Positions 1 through 21,100 are shown, counted from the first letter of the stretch. The stretch: DNA of 64,000 nt from the human T2T-CHM13v2.0 reference genome, Homo sapiens (GCF_009914755.1 NC_060931.1); one strand, 5' to 3'. Notes: a model not told the origin generated them from the letters alone. Numbers and translations are program-made.

Positions 1-477
1 CCTACCTAGGCACTGCCCATAGGGGGCACTGTGACATATCACTGGGCTCCACACCCAAGGTATGTGATTCTTCTGCCTGTTCCCTGCCCACATAAGGCAT
101 TATAACATGTTATTTAGTCCAAAACCCAGGTAATGTAACTCTCCTGCTTAGACCCTGACTACAGGGGGCACTGTGACATATCTCTATGCACATCTCGCAG
201 GTGATATGACACTCTCGTTTTGCCTGATCACTGCTCATGTGGGGGATTGTAAAATACCACTGGGCCAAGCACCAAAGTGACATTGCTCTTTTCTCTTTGG
301 CTTGGCCTTGCCCTCAGAAGGCATTGTGACATATTGCTGGACCCAGCACCAACGTGATGTGAGTCTCTTTCCTGAACTCTGTCCACAGGGGACATTGTGA
401 CATATCTCTGGGCCTGTCAACTACTTGATGTAACTCTCTACTCTTACCTGGGCATTGCCTGTAGAAGAGATTGTGAC

Positions 478-2180
478 AATTCCCTCCTGAAAGCAGAACA
501 CGGGCAGCCGAGTTACATAACCTGGACGCATGGCCTAGTGATAGTTCCCAATCTTCCTTGTGGGCAGGGTGCAGGTAGGAAAGTCATATCTTCTAAGTGA
601 TAGATGCAGATAAGTATCAAAAGGTCCCCACATAGGCAGGATCCATGCACAAGCCTCCCATCTCCCAGTGGTGGGGCCCAGCAATTTGTTACGATACCCA
701 AAATATGTGAGGCCCAGGCAAAAGGAGAGAGTCACATCACCTAGGTGCTGTGTTCAGTGATATGTCACAATCCTTCTATTTGGCAGGGCTCTGGTGGAAT
801 AAGAGAGTCACATCACCTAGGTAATAAAGAAAAAGATATTTTAAAGTACCCTGTGGGCAAAACCCAGGCAGGAGAGTCACATCATGTAGGTATTGGACTC
901 AGCCATATGTCATAACACACAATGAATACAGGACCCAGGCAAAGGAGGAGTCATATTATTTAGGTGCTGAGCCCACAGGTATATATCAGAATCTCACTTT
1001 TTGGCAAAGCTCAGATGTGAAAAGAGCATCATATCCAATAGTTGAGGGGCCTAGAGATATGTCAAAATGCCCTGGGTGGGCAGGGACCATGTGGAGGATT
1101 AAGGTAAAAGAGGAAAGTTACATCAAAAGTTTATAGACTAAAAAATACGTTGCAGTGCTCTCTGTGGGCAGGGACCAGGCAGAAGAATTACATCACTTGT
1201 GTGCTGAGGTCAGCAATAAGTCACTTTTTTTTTTTTCTGAGGGGGTTTGTCCAGAAGGAGAGGACCCAGAGACAGAGATATGTCAGAATCTTTCAAAAGC
1301 AAAGTGCAAGTAAGAATAGAGAGTCACATCAAATAGTTGATAAGTTTGAGATATGTCACAATGTGTCTCCAGGCAAAAGAGCCACATGATTTTTGTGCTA
1401 GGCCCAGCAATAGGGCTGAATGCCTTTCCAGGTCAGGGCCAAAGCGAAACGGTAACATCCTGTTAGTGTTGGGTCCAGTGGTATGTCACAATTTTCCCTG
1501 AAGACAGAACCTAAAAACAATAGAAGAGCCACAATCCCCTCTGTTAGCATGAATCAGGAAGGGGAAGAGATTTATGTAACCTGGTTGATGGGTACACACA
1601 TATATCACAATGTCCTCTGTAAGAAGTTCCCAGGCAGGGAAGTTTCATTACCTAAGTGTCAGGAATCAGGAAGGAGAAGAGATTTATGTAACCTGGTTGA
1701 TAGGTACACAAATATGTCACAATGTTTCCCGTAAGCAGTGCCCAGGCAGGAGAGTTACATTACCTAAGTGTTAGACTCAGCAGTATGTCCCATTGGCCCA
1801 TGTGGGCAAGGCACAGGCAGAAGAGCCACAAATCCTTGACACAGGATGCAGCAATATATCATAATGCTCCCTGTATACAACACCAAGGCAGAAGAAAAGA
1901 CTCACATAACTTGGGTGCAAGACCCAGCAGTATGTCATAATTCTTCATGTGGGCAATGACAAGGCTTGAGAGTAGAGTCACACCACCAAGGTGCAGGGTC
2001 GAGCAATATGTCACAATTTTATCTGTGAGTTCACTCCAGGCAGCAAAGTCGAACCACTTAGGTGCTGGGTAAAGGTGTATGTCACAATCACACTTGCAGG
2101 AAGGTCCAGGAATAAGATCACAATCCCACACATGTTCTAGTTCTAGGTGGGAGTGTCAACATATCTTGTATGTTGGGTCA
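478..2180 (-). repeat. Inverted block of the beta-satellite array
   Basis: Monomers here read ATATGTCACAAT / GAGTCACATCACCTAGG, the opposite orientation to 1-477 and to positions beyond 2200. Confidence 0.85.
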
Positions 2181-3455
2181 ATCTCTCCCAAGAGGATTGA
2201 CCGTACACCCATATCACACCCTGCTGACAGTAAAGATTGTTATCATTTCCCGTGAACACAGCCCACTGTTGAGATTCTGAAACTCACACCTGGAGGCAGT
2301 CAAAAGTTGGAAAATTGACTCTCATATGTGGATCAGGTCCACAAGTGTTCTGGTGACTCTCAGGCTAAGATTCAGCAAACCTGTGAGGCTGGGACTCTAC
2401 TAAGGTGAGATAGTCTGCAGGAAAGATTGAGGCTCCCATGCACTGATCCAGTCCACTGCTGAGATGGTGACTCATGTACTTAAACCCAACATACAAGAGA
2501 TGCTGACTTTCATACCTAGAACCCGGACATGTGTGGGCTTGTTAATACCATCCCTGCACCTTCCTACAGGTGTGATAGTTAAATAAGTCTCTGCCCAGCT
2601 CTTAAGTGATTTGACTCTCTTGCCTGGGCCCGGCCCACAGTTCAAAATGTGCCATGTTGCTGGACCTGGCCCCTAGGTAATGTGATCTAGTCTCCTGTCT
2701 CAGCACTGCCCACAGTGGGCATTGTGACATATCACCGGGCCTTGCACCCAGGTGATGTGAGTCTTCTCTTCTGCTTTGGCACTGCCCAAAGTAGACATTG
2801 TTACATATCACCAGGCCTTGCACTCAGGTAATGTAACTGTCTTGTCATGGCCCTGCCTGCAGGAGGCTCCATGATGTCACTGTCTTCTTCTACCTGGTCT
2901 TTGCTCACAGCGGGTATTGTGACATATTGCTATGCCCAGAATCCAGCTGATGTGACTCTCCTCTTTTTTCTAGGTTCTGCCCACAAGGGAAATGGTGACA
3001 TATCACTGTGCCCAGCACCAAGGTGACGTTACTCTTTTGCCTTGGCCCTGCCCTCAGAAGACATTGTGACAAATAGCTGAGCCCAGAACCAAGGTGAACC
3101 TGCCTGAAACCTCCCCACAGGGTCATTGTGACCTATCTCTGGGCCAACCAACTATTTAATGTGTCTCTCCTCTCTTGCCTGGGACTTGCCCATAGGAAAG
3201 ATTGTGACATATCTCTGGGCATAGGACCTAGGTGATATGACTTGCTGTGCTTGTCTGGGCAATTTCCACAGAAGAGAGAATGACTTATTCCTGGGCTCAG
3301 CATACAGGTGATGTGATTCTTCTGCCTGATCACTGCCCACAGGAGTTATTGTGACATGTCTCTGGGCCAATTACCTAGATAATGAGACTCTTCTCTTCTT
3401 TCTGGGACCTGTCCATGGCAGGGATTGTGACATATGGCTTGGCCCAACACCTACC

Positions 3456-3657
3456 TTTTTTTTTTCTCCTTTTTTTTGAGATGGAATTTTGTTCTTGTTT
3501 TCCAGCACGTAGTGCAATGGTGTCATCTTGGCTCACCGCAACCTCCGCCTCCAGGGTTCAAGCGATTCTCCTGCCTCAGCCTCCCAAGTAGCTGGGATTA
3601 CAGGCACCCACCACCACACCCAGCTAATTTTGTATTTTTAGTATGGATGGGGTTTCT
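3456..3657 (-). mobile_element. Alu, partial (right arm plus part of left arm)
   Basis: Poly-T followed by GAGATGGA...GCCTCAGCCTCCCAAGTAGCTGGGATTACAGG; breaks off after GGGGTTTC. Confidence 0.9.
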
Positions 3658-4653
3658 TTGCCCCCCTTATTTAGGCGATGTGAATTTTTTTCTTGGGGCC
3701 TACCCTCAAAGGGTATTGTGACAAATTGCCAAACTCAGTACCTAGTTTATGTGACTCTTTTCTATTGCTTGAGCTATGCCCTGAAAGGGACTGTGATGTA
3801 CCACTGGGCCTAGCACCTAGGTGACATGACTTGCATCTTCTGCCTGGGTACTCTATATATTGTGTATTGTGACATATGGCTTGGTCCATTGAGACTCTTC
3901 TGCATGGGCTCTGGCCACAGGGGTATTATGAAACATTTTTTTATTCATCACCTAGGTGATGTGACTCTCCTCTTCTTCCTGGGCCTCACATATCAGTGGA
4001 CCAAGCACCTCTGTGATTTGACTCTCTTTTTTTCTCAAAATCCACATACTTTGGATATTGTGACATATTGCTGGGTCCAAAACTTTCAGAAAGGGAAGTT
4101 CCTGCCTGGGCACTGCCTTGTGATAAATATCTGCATTGTCACACATAGGGCCTTGTGATATATATCTGCGTCTGTCACCAAGGAGATGTAACTCCCCTCT
4201 TCAGCCTGCATTCTGTCCACATGGAAGATTGTGACATATTCCTCTCCCAGCCCCCGGTTGATGTGACTCTCCTGCTCAATCCTTACCAACAAATGAGATT
4301 GTGACATATATCTTGGCCTAACTTCTATGTGTGATGATGACTCTCATTCCTCAAATTAGCTAGTAAAAATAAATACTCTCTCTTATAGCTAGGCTGAGGG
4401 AAACAGGTAAGATGCTGGGTCTCCTCTTTGTACAAAGATCATAAAGAATTACCACTTTCTCCCACATTGTATAAAGCCCTTGGGTGATGCAGAGAGCGTA
4501 AATTCAGGGGAGATTTTTCTTTTCATAGACACACCCAGCCAACTATTAGCACTGTCACCTTGACACATGAAGAGAGCCCAATGGTGACATCCTCAATCCA
4601 ACTTATGGATGCAGTCCACGGTTAGATTTGTGATTGCATATGTGAACATCTGA

Positions 4654-5008
<355 letters not shown>

Positions 5009-5944
5009 TAAACCGAGCTTATAGGCAGGTGAAGACCCTCCTATCTAAAACCAGTCATTTTAAGAGATATTCAGTCTCATATCTGTGCCTACAACCACAG
5101 GTAAGATAGTGGTTATAAGCCCAAATACAGTTATAAACCTAGAGCATTGTGACATATCTCTGGATCCAAGTACAAAGGTTTCAGAGCAGATTGCAACTCT
5201 CATGCATACTGTGTGATGTCCTTAGTAAAACAGAGAGGGTCCCTACAGTATCCAGCACACAAGTAAAATTGTGACACTTGTATGCACACATGGCCAACAA
5301 TAAAGACTGTCATTCAACCACATAAACACAGCCAATGTTGGGGTCCTGAATCTCACAACCAGAGGCAGTCAAAAGTTGGAAAATTGACTCCCATACATGG
5401 ATCTGGTCCACAGGTGGGTTTGTGACTCTCAGGCCAAGATTCAGCAAACCTGTGAGGCTGTGACTCTATGAAGAATATACAGTGGACTTGAGGGACTGTG
5501 GCTCCCAAGCATGGATCCAGTCACCTGTTGAAATTGTGACTCATGTACTTGGACCTTACATACAGGAGGTATCGACTCTAATACCTAGGACCGGGACATG
5601 TACATAATTGTTCATTTTATCCCTGGACCTTTATGCAGGTGTGATTGTAAAATATTTCTTTGCCCAATACCTGAGTGATTTGACTTTCCTAGCTGGGCAC
5701 AACAGGTGGAATTGCGACATATTGCTTAACTCAGAACCTACGTGATGTGTCATTATTCTCCTGCCTTGGTATTGCCCACAGGGGCATTTTGCTATATCTC
5801 TGGGCTTTGCACCAAGGTTATGTGGGCCTCCCCTCCTGCTTTGGCACTGCTCACAGGGGTATTGTGACATGTTGCTGGGTTCTGCATCTTGGTACTAGAT
5901 GGCTTCTGCCTGTGCCCTGTCCCCAGGAATAATTGTAAAATATT

Positions 5945-6248
<304 letters not shown>

Positions 6249-7738
6249 CTACGTTCAACACCCAAATGATGTAACTTTCCTGCCTCAGTCCTGCTTAATG
6301 GGGGCATCATGTTATATACCTCTGCACCTGTCACTCAGGCAACATGACTCTCTTCCCCTGCCTGGTCCTTACAGAGGAGATTGTGACCTACTGCTGGGCC
6401 CAGCACCTAGCTGATGTGACTCTTCTCTTTTTCCTAGGTTCTACCAACAGGGAAGATTGTGACATATCACTGGGCCTAACACCAAGGTGTAGTTACACTT
6501 TTGCCTTGGCCCAGAACTCTGAAGTTCACTGTGACGTACTGCTGGGCCCAGCACCAAGGTGATGTGAGTCTCCTGCCTGGAGCCTGCACACAGGGGCTAT
6601 TGTGACATATCTCTGGGCCCATTTACTATTTGTTGTTACTCTCTTCTCTTACCTTGGCTTTGCCTGTAGGAGAGGCAAATCCCAGCACTTTGGGAGACCA
6701 AGGCGGGACATAACTCTGGGCCCAGCACCTAGGTGATGTGACTCCCTTTTCTGCCTGGATGGTGCTCACAGAAGAGAAAGTGACTTATTTCTGGGCCCAG
6801 CAGAGAGGTGATGTGATTCTTCTGCCTGGTCCCTGCCCACAAAACTCATTGTGACTTAACTCTGGGCCCATCACCTAAATGACGTGACTCTCCTCTTCTT
6901 CCTGTGTCCTGTACATGGTAAGTATTGTGACATTTCACCAGGCCTTGCACTTACTAATGATGTGATTTTTCTCTCATGCCTTGGGCCTGCCCACTGAGAT
7001 AACTGACATAGCTAAACTCAGCCTTTATGTTATGTAATTTTCCTCTTTTTCTGAGTTCTACGAACAGGGAACATTGTAACATATCTCTGGGTCCATCACC
7101 TGGATAATGTGACTCTTCTTGGGACCTATTCACAGTGAAAATTGTGACACATCTCTTGGGTAAGCAACTACATGATATGACATTTCTGTTATGCCTGGGC
7201 TCTGCCAACTGGGGTGATTGTGACATATAGCTGGGCCCAGCCCCTAGGTTATGTGACTCTCCCTTTGTTTCTGAGCCCTCCCCAAAGGGGAAATTGTGAC
7301 ATATATCTGGGCCTGTCACTCAGGTAATGTGACTCTCCTGCATGAGCCCTCTCCTCAAAGGGTATTGTGACATGTTGCTGAACCCAGAACCTGTGTGAAT
7401 TGACTCTCTTCTACTGATTGGGCTCTGACCAAGAAAGAATTGTGACGTATCATTAGGCACACCACGAAGGTAATATGACTCTTCTATTGTTTGGGCTTTG
7501 TCCAATGAGGGATTTTGACATATTACTGGGCTCAGATCCAGGTGATGTGACTCTCTTTTACTGCCTGAACCTTGCATACATTGCATATTGTGATATAGGA
7601 CTGAGGCCAACACCTAGGTTTTGTGACTTTTCTGCATGGGGCCTACACACAGGGGCATTCTGTCATATATTTTTGTTCATCACCTAGAAGATGTGACTCT
7701 TCTCTTTTACCTGGGCATGGCCAAAAGGGGATTGTGAC

Positions 7739-8113
7739 TTTATTAGTCCATTCTCATACTGCTATAAAGAACTGCCCAAAACTAGGTAATTTATAAAGGA
7801 AAGAGGTTGAATTGACTCACATTTCAGCATGACTGGAGAGGCCTCAGGAAATTTACAATTATGGTGGAAGGCAAAGGAAAAGCAAGGCACCTTCTTTACA
7901 AGTTGGCAGGAAGGAGAAATTCTGAGCAAAGAAGGAAGAGCCCCTTATAAAACCATCAGATCTTGTGAGAACTCACTATCATGAGAACAGCATGGAAAAA
8001 AACCACCCCCTCATTTAATTACCTCCACCTGGTCCCTCCCTTGACGTGTGGGAATTATAAAGATTACACTTCAAGATGAGACTTGGATGGAGACACAGAA
8101 CCAAACAATATCT
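7739..8113 (-). mobile_element. MaLR solo LTR (MSTA/THE1D-like)
   Basis: TATTAGTCCATTCTCATACTGCTATAAAGAACTGCCC...GGAGACACAGAACCAAACAATATC, ~375 bp, inserted into a satellite monomer with an approximate 5-bp TSD (GTGAC/TTGAC). Confidence 0.85.
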
Positions 8114-8486
8114 TTGACATATTGGTGGACCAAAATCCTAGATGATGTAACTCCCCTCTTTTTGCTTTGCCCGACATATTTTTGGTACTATGACATATTG
8201 CTAGACCCAGAACCTAGGGAATGTGAGTCTCCTGCTTGAGCCCTGCCTGCAGGGAGCCTTGTGAAATCCATCCATACCCTAAAAATTGCATCCGTCACCT
8301 AAAAATTGTGACTCTTCATTTCTGCCTGCATTTTGCCAACAAGAAAAATTCTGACACATTTCTGCATGCAGCAACCAATAGACGTATCTCTCCTGCCTGG
8401 GCCTTTCCTACAGGGAGCACTGTGACATATTGCTGGTCCCAGCACCCAGATGAAATGATTCTGCTTCTTCTGCGTTGCTTTCTTTA

Positions 8487-12049
<3,563 letters not shown>

Positions 12050-13875
12050 CATTTCTTTCAACAAGAGATTTTAAAGTATTCTCTGCCACACGTACAAATG
12101 ATGTGACTCTCCTGTCTGGTCCCTGCTTTCAGGAAAGGTTGTGAAATATTCACGGCCTAGCACCTAGGTGATGTGGCTGTCCTGCTCACTTCTTACTGAG
12201 AGGAGGGATTGTGACATATATCTTGTTTCAGCCCACAGGTGCAATAATGACTATTATACCTTGAACGAACCAACAGGAGAAATACCTTCTATTATATTTA
12301 GGCTTAGGGAAATGAGTACGATCATGGGTCTCCTCTTTGTAGAAAGGTCATAATAAGTTACCACTCTCCTATATCATATAGAACATTTGGGTACTACAGT
12401 GTTCTTGCAGATCCCAGAACACAAGTGAGATTGTGTTATTATATGTGCATTTCACCAGCCATTAGAATTTTTACCCTCAGACATAAACATAGCCTACTGC
12501 TGAGGTCCTGAAACTCACACATGAACACAGTCCACAGTTTGAATTGTAACTGTCGTATCTGGAAAACAAGCCACAATTGGAATGGTTACTCATTTCCTGT
12601 TGACTGTGTCCAGATAGGAGAGTTCTCACCTGCCTATAAGTTGGGTTTAGGCTTATAAGCAGGTGAGGACTCTCCTTTCTGGACACAGTCAATAGGAAAG
12701 ATGTTGACTCTCATACTTGGGCTTAGGGCCACAGGTACAGTCATGGGTCCTTTCCAGCACGAAGGAATCAGAGCAAAAGTGGACTCTCATGCATGTTGTA
12801 TAAAGCCCTCAGGTGGTACAGAAAGTATTCTAATAGGGCCCAGCACACAAGTGAGATTTTGACACTCATATGCACACTTAGGTGACTGTAAAGATTGTCT
12901 TTCTCCCACATGAACACAGCCCACTGTTGAGGTCCTAAATCTCACACCCTGAGGTGGTTGAAAGTTGGAAAATTGACTCTTATACTTGGATCTGTTCCAC
13001 AGATGGGTTTATGACACTCAGATTAAGATTCAGCACACCTGTGAGGCTGCGTCTCCACTAAAAAGACACAGTGCACAGGACAAAATGGGGCTCTCAAGCA
13101 TGGATTCTGTCAGCCATTGAAATTGTAACTCGTGCACTTAGAACCACCATACAGGAGATGTTAACTCTTATACATAGAACTGTGACACGTGTGAAATTGT
13201 TAATCTCATCCCTGGACCTTCCTGCAGGTGTTATTGCTACATAGGCCCCAGTGCAACACCTGAGTGATTTGACTCTACTGCCTTGACCCGGCCCACGTAT
13301 GAGATTGTGACATGTAACTGGACACAGAACCTAGGTCATGTGACTCTATTTTCCTTCCGTAGCACTGCCCACAGAGGGCATTTTGACTTCATTGAGACTT
13401 GCACCTGGGTGATGCGTCTCCTCTCACGCCTTGATACTGCACTGTAACATATCACTTGGTCCTATGCCTATTTGATTTAACTTTCTTGCCTAAGCCCTGC
13501 CTATACAAAAATTGTGACATATCATGGGCCTATCACCCAACTGATGTGACTATCTGGTCCTGGCTCACACGGGAAAATGTAACATATGGCTTGGTCCAGT
13601 ACCTAGCTGATGTGACTCTTCTCTTCTGAGGTTTTGCTTGCTGGGGAGATTGTGACATCATGCTGGGCCCAACATGATCATAATGTTACTCTTTTTCCTA
13701 AGCATTGCCCTCAGAAGGCATTGTAACATATTAGTGTTACCAGCACCAAGGTGACGTGTGTCTCATATTTGAACCCTGCCCACATGGGGGCATTGTGGCA
13801 TATCTCCGGGACCATCAACTATTTAATTTGACTCTCCCTGCTTACCATGTCTTTGCTCATAAGAAATGTGGTGTT

Positions 13876-14284
<409 letters not shown>

Positions 14285-15813
14285 CTAGGTGAAGTGACCT
14301 AGCACAAAGGTGATGTGATACTCTTGCCTGGTTCCTGTCAATAGAGCTAATGATGATATATCACTGGGCCCATAGCCTAGATTATGTGAGTCTCCTTTTC
14401 TTCTTTGAACCTGTCCACAGTGGAAATTATAAAATATCACCAGGCCTTGCATTCAATTTTTCTGACTCTCCTGCTTGTGCCATGCTTACATGGGGCATTG
14501 TGACATATTTCTGAATCCAACACCAAAGTGATGTTACTCTCTTGTCAGAGCCCTGCCTACAGGGCATATTGTGACATATCTCTGCATCCATCACCCAGGT
14601 GATTTGACTTTTTTCTCCTACCTGGTCCCTAATCACAGAGGGGACTGTGACAAATTACTTGGCTCAGCACCTACATCATGTGACTGTCCACTCATGCCTC
14701 AACCATGCTCACTAGGGTGATTGTGAAATATAACTTGGTCTATCCCATAGGCTTTATGACTTTCTTTTTCTTCTTCCTTAGCCTTAATGCAGGATGCATT
14801 GTGATATACCTCTGGGCCTCTCACCTAGGTGATGTGACTCTCCTGCCTGGGCCCTCCCCTTAGGGTATATTGTGACATATTGCTGGGCCCAGCACCTAGG
14901 TGATGATGTGACTCTCTTCTACTGCTTGGGTTCTGTCCAAGAGATTGTGATGTATCACTGGGCCAAGAGGCTAGGTGATATGACTCTCCTCTCCTGCCTG
15001 GGCCCTGCATACATTTTACATTGTGACATATGGCTGGGATCAAAACATAGGTGATGCAACTCTTTTGCCTGTGCTTTGCCCGCAAGGGTATTATGACATG
15101 TTATTTTGTTCATCACCTAGGTGATGTGACTCTTTCCTTCTGCCTGGGCCCTGACAAAAAAGGGGATTGGAGCGTGTCACTTGACCCAACACCTAGGGGT
15201 GATGTGACTGTCTTATTTGCCTGCACCTTGCATATATCGGGTATTGAGTCCTATGGCTGAGCCCTACATGAATGGGATTTAAGACTCCTGCCTTGGCCCT
15301 GCCAACAGGGGGCATTGTAAAGTATCCCTGCATCTGTCACTGAGATGTGACTCTCCTGTTCTGCCTGCATCCTGCCTATAAGGAAGATTGTGACATATTG
15401 CTGGGTCCACGATTGAGACAATGTGTCTTTCCTGCCTGGGTATTGCCTACAGGGAGCATTGTGACATATCACTGGGCCCAGCATGCAGGTATTGTGACTC
15501 TGCTTTCTTTGCCCTGATTTCCAGAAGGAATTGTGACATTTCCCTGGCCTGGTACCCAGATGATGTGACTCTCCTGGTGCCAGTCCTCAGGGAATATTGT
15601 AACACGTCTTTTTCCCAGCACCCAGGTAAACTTACTCTCCTGCTTACTCTCTACCCACAGCTGGAATTCTGATATATATCTTGTCCAAGCTCAGAGGTAT
15701 GATGATGACTTTTATTCCTTGAGCCTGCCAATATGAGCAATGCTGTCTCTTGTACTGAGGCTTAGTGTAACGGGTAAGACCCTGGGTCTCCTCTTTATAT
15801 AAAAGTTATGGGC

Positions 15814-16418
<605 letters not shown>

Positions 16419-16715
16419 TTACCACTCTCACATGTTACATAATGCCCTTCAGCGATACAGAGCGTGTCATCACAGGGCCAAGCACAAAGGTGAGATTGTC
16501 TTTTTTGCATGCACACCCAGCTGAATGTTAGGATTGTCACCCTCACACATGAAAAGAACAAATTGGTTAAGTCTTGAATCTCACACATAGATGCAGTATG
16601 CAGCTGAATTTTTGACTCTCACATGTCAACATCCAGCCACAGTTGAAATGGCAACTTATTTTTAAATCCAGGTCATAGGTAAGTGTGAACTCTTTTATCA
16701 GAAGCTAGCTAATTA

Positions 16716-17049
16716 GGCTGGGCATGGTGGCTCACACCTGTAATCCCAGCACTTTGAGAGGCCGAGGTGGGCAGATCACCAGAGGTCAGGAGTTTGAGAC
16801 CAGCCAGGCTAATGTGGCAAAAACCCATCTCTACTAAAAACACAAAAATTAGCTGGGCATAGTGGCTTGTGCCTGTAATCATAGCTACTCAGGAGGCTGA
16901 GGCTGGAGAGTTGATTGAACCCAGGAGACGGAGGTTGCAGTGAGCTGAGATGTACTCCAGCCTGGGTGATAGAGTAAGACTCTATCCCCACCACCCCCCA
17001 ACCCAGAAAAAAAAAGAAAGAAACAAACAAAGAAACAAAGAAAAAGAAA
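16716..17049 (+). mobile_element. AluSx-like
   Basis: Full Alu with a C-rich/GAAA-patterned tail; TSD-like GAA(G/A)CTAGC(T/C)AATT. Confidence 0.92.
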
Positions 17050-17274
17050 CTAGCCAATTGGAAAGGTATTTACTCTTATACACGGGCTCAGAGCCACAGG
17101 TATGATCATGGGGCCTGCACAAATTACAACTCTCATGCATTCTGTATAAAGCTCTTGGGTGATAAAGGGAGTGTTCTCACAGAGCTCAGCACAGAGTTGA
17201 GATTGTGACACTCCTGTGCAGCTACACTGTAGTAAAAACTGGCATCCTTCCACATGAACACAACCCATTTTTGA

Positions 17275-17658
<384 letters not shown>

Positions 17659-17780
17659 TGAGTCGGTGACCCTCAGACCAAGATTCAGCACGTGTGAGGC
17701 TGTGACTCTACTAAGGAGGTCACAGGAGGAATTGAGACTCTCATGCAGAGATTAAGTTTACCATTAAGATTCTTACTCAT

Positions 17781-18193
<413 letters not shown>

Positions 18194-21100
18194 TCATCCC
18201 TGGACTTTCCTACAGGTGTGGTTCTGACACATGCCTGTGCCGAGTATCTGACTGATTTGACTTCCCTTCCTAGGGCACGCCCACAGATGGAATTTTAATA
18301 TTTCTCTGGGCCCAAAACTCAGGTGATGTGATCTATACTCCTGCCTTGGAGCTGCCCACAGAGAGGACATTTGTGACATATTGCTTGGCCTCTGAGCCCA
18401 GGTTATGTGACTCTTCTGCCTGTGCCCTGCCCACATTGACCATTTTGACATATTGCAGTGTCCAAGACCCGGGTGATGTGACTCCTCTGCCTGGGCCCTT
18501 TTTACAGGGAGCGTTGTGACATATCTCAGCACTCATCACTCAGGTGTTCTGACTCCCTTTTCCTGCCTGGTTTCTGCTCACAAGGGGCTTTTCACCTATT
18601 GCTGAACCCTGCACTTAGCTATTGTGACTTTTTTCTTTTTCTTAGGTTCTGCCCACAAGGGAGATTTTGACTTATTGCTGTCCTCAAAATGAAGGTGATG
18701 TGACACTTTTGCCTTGGACCCACCCTTGAAGACATTGTGACATATTTCTTAGCTCAGCATCAAAACGATGTGTCTTCTTAGTAGACTCTGCCAACATGGG
18801 GCATTGTGACATATCTCTGGGCCCATCAGCTATTGATGTAACTCTCTTCTCTTACATGGACTTTGCTCACAGAAGAGACTATGAAATATCTCTGGGCCCA
18901 GCAAATAGGTGATGTGACTCTTCTCTACTGCTTGGGCTCTGCTCATGAGAAAATTGTGATGGATTGCTGAACCCAGCACCTAGGTAATGTAACTCTCTTC
19001 TCTTGCCTGGGCCCGGCATAAATTGTGTATTGTGACATGGGGCTCGATCACAAACCTAGGTAATGCTACTCTCTTGCATTGGCTCTGCCCACCAGGGTAT
19101 TATGACACAACTTTTCATTCATCGCCTAGGCGATGTGACCCCCCGCTTCTGCTTGAATCTTGCCAAAAGAGGAAATGATAACATATCACTATACTCAGCA
19201 CCTAGGTGCCATGACTTGCCTTTTTCCCCAGGCAATGCATATATTGGGAATTATGACATATCACTGGACCCAACATGTAGGGAATAAAAGACTCCTGCCT
19301 GTGTTCTGCTGACCTAGAACCTTGTGAAATATCTCTGCATCTATCACCCAGAGAATCTGACTCTCCTTTTCTGCATGTACCCTGTCCACAAGAAAGATTG
19401 TGACATGTCACTAGACCCAATAACCAGGTGGTGTGTCTCTCCTGCCTTGATCTTTCTCACAGGGAACTTTGTGAAATATCACTGGGCCCAGCACCCAGGT
19501 GATGTGACACTGCTGGCCTGTGTCCTGCTTTCAGGAGGGGATTGCAAAATATCCCTGGCCAAAAACCCAGATGTTTTCTGGGTTTTGTCCCTGTCCTCAG
19601 GGGAGATAGTGACATAGGCCTAGCCCAGCACCCAAGTAATGCGACACTCTTATTTTGCTCACTTCCTACAGGTGGGATTGTGACATATATCTGGGGCCAG
19701 GTCACAAGTACAATGATGACTCTCAAATCAGCCAATAGGAGAGACACTGTTACTCATAGCTAGCTTAGAAAAATGGGTAAGATCCTCGGTCTTCTCTTTG
19801 TATGAAGGTTATTCAAGACTACTGCTCTCTTGCATATCACATAAAGCCCTTGGGTGGTAGAGTGTGACATTCCAGAGCCCAGCACACAGGTGAGATTGTG
19901 TTTCTCATATGCACACACCACCAACCATAAGGATTGTCACCCTCAAACATGGACAGATCCCACTAGTGAGGTCCTGAATCTTACACGGAGACATAGTTCA
20001 CAATTGGAATTGTGATTGTCATTTGTTAACATCTGGCCAAGGTTTGAATGGTGACTCACTTCTAAACTTACCACATGGGCAGGTGATGACTGTATTATTT
20101 TCACACAGCCAATTGAAAAGATGCTGACTCTCATACCTGGGCCTAGGATCACAGCTACAATCATTGGTCTGTACCAGCATGAAGGTATCAGAGCATATTG
20201 TGACTCACGTGTATATTATATAAAGCCCTCGAGTGGTATAGAGAGTGTCCTAACAAGGCCCAGCACACAGGTGAGATTGTGACACTGGTATGCACACTAA
20301 GTTGACAGTAAAACTTGTCATCTTTCACATGAACACAGCCCACTATTGAGGTTCTAAATTTCAGACCCTTAAGCAGTTAAAAGTTTTAAAATTTCTTCTC
20401 ATACCTGGATCTGATCTCCAGGTGAGTTGGTACTGTCAGAAACAAATTCAGCACACCCGTGAGGCTGTGGCTCCACTAAAGCAACACAAATCTGCAGAAG
20501 GGATTGAGGCTGTCATGCGCAGATACAGTTTACCAATGAGATTGTAACTCGTGTAGTTAGACAAAAAGCGCAGAAAGTGTTAATGCTCACGCCTACAACC
20601 AGGACATGTGTGGAATTGTTAGTCTCATCCCTGGACTTTCCTGCAGGTGTGATTGTGAAATATACCTCTGCTCAGCACCTGAGTGAATGACTCTTCTGCC
20701 TAGGCCCAGCCTGGAGACGGAATAGTGACATATGGCTGGACCCACCATCTACTTAATGTGACACTATTCTCCTGCATTTGATGCTGCTCACAGGAGGCAT
20801 TTTGAAACATTGCTGGGCTTTGCACACAGGGGATTTGAGTCTCCTCTCCTGCCTTGGTGCTGGTCACAGAAGAATGTTGTGACATATAACTTGGCCCTTC
20901 ACCCAAGTTATGTGACTCTTCTGCCATGCCCTGGCCACCTTGGCCATTGTAACATACTGCTGGGTCCATTACCAGTGTTATGTTGCTGCTGGGCTCTTCC
21001 TACAGGGGGCATTGTGATGTATCGCTGCACCCATTACCCAGGTGTTGTGACTATGCCTTCTTCCTGCTAACAGAGGTGATTGTGATCTTTCACTGGGCCC

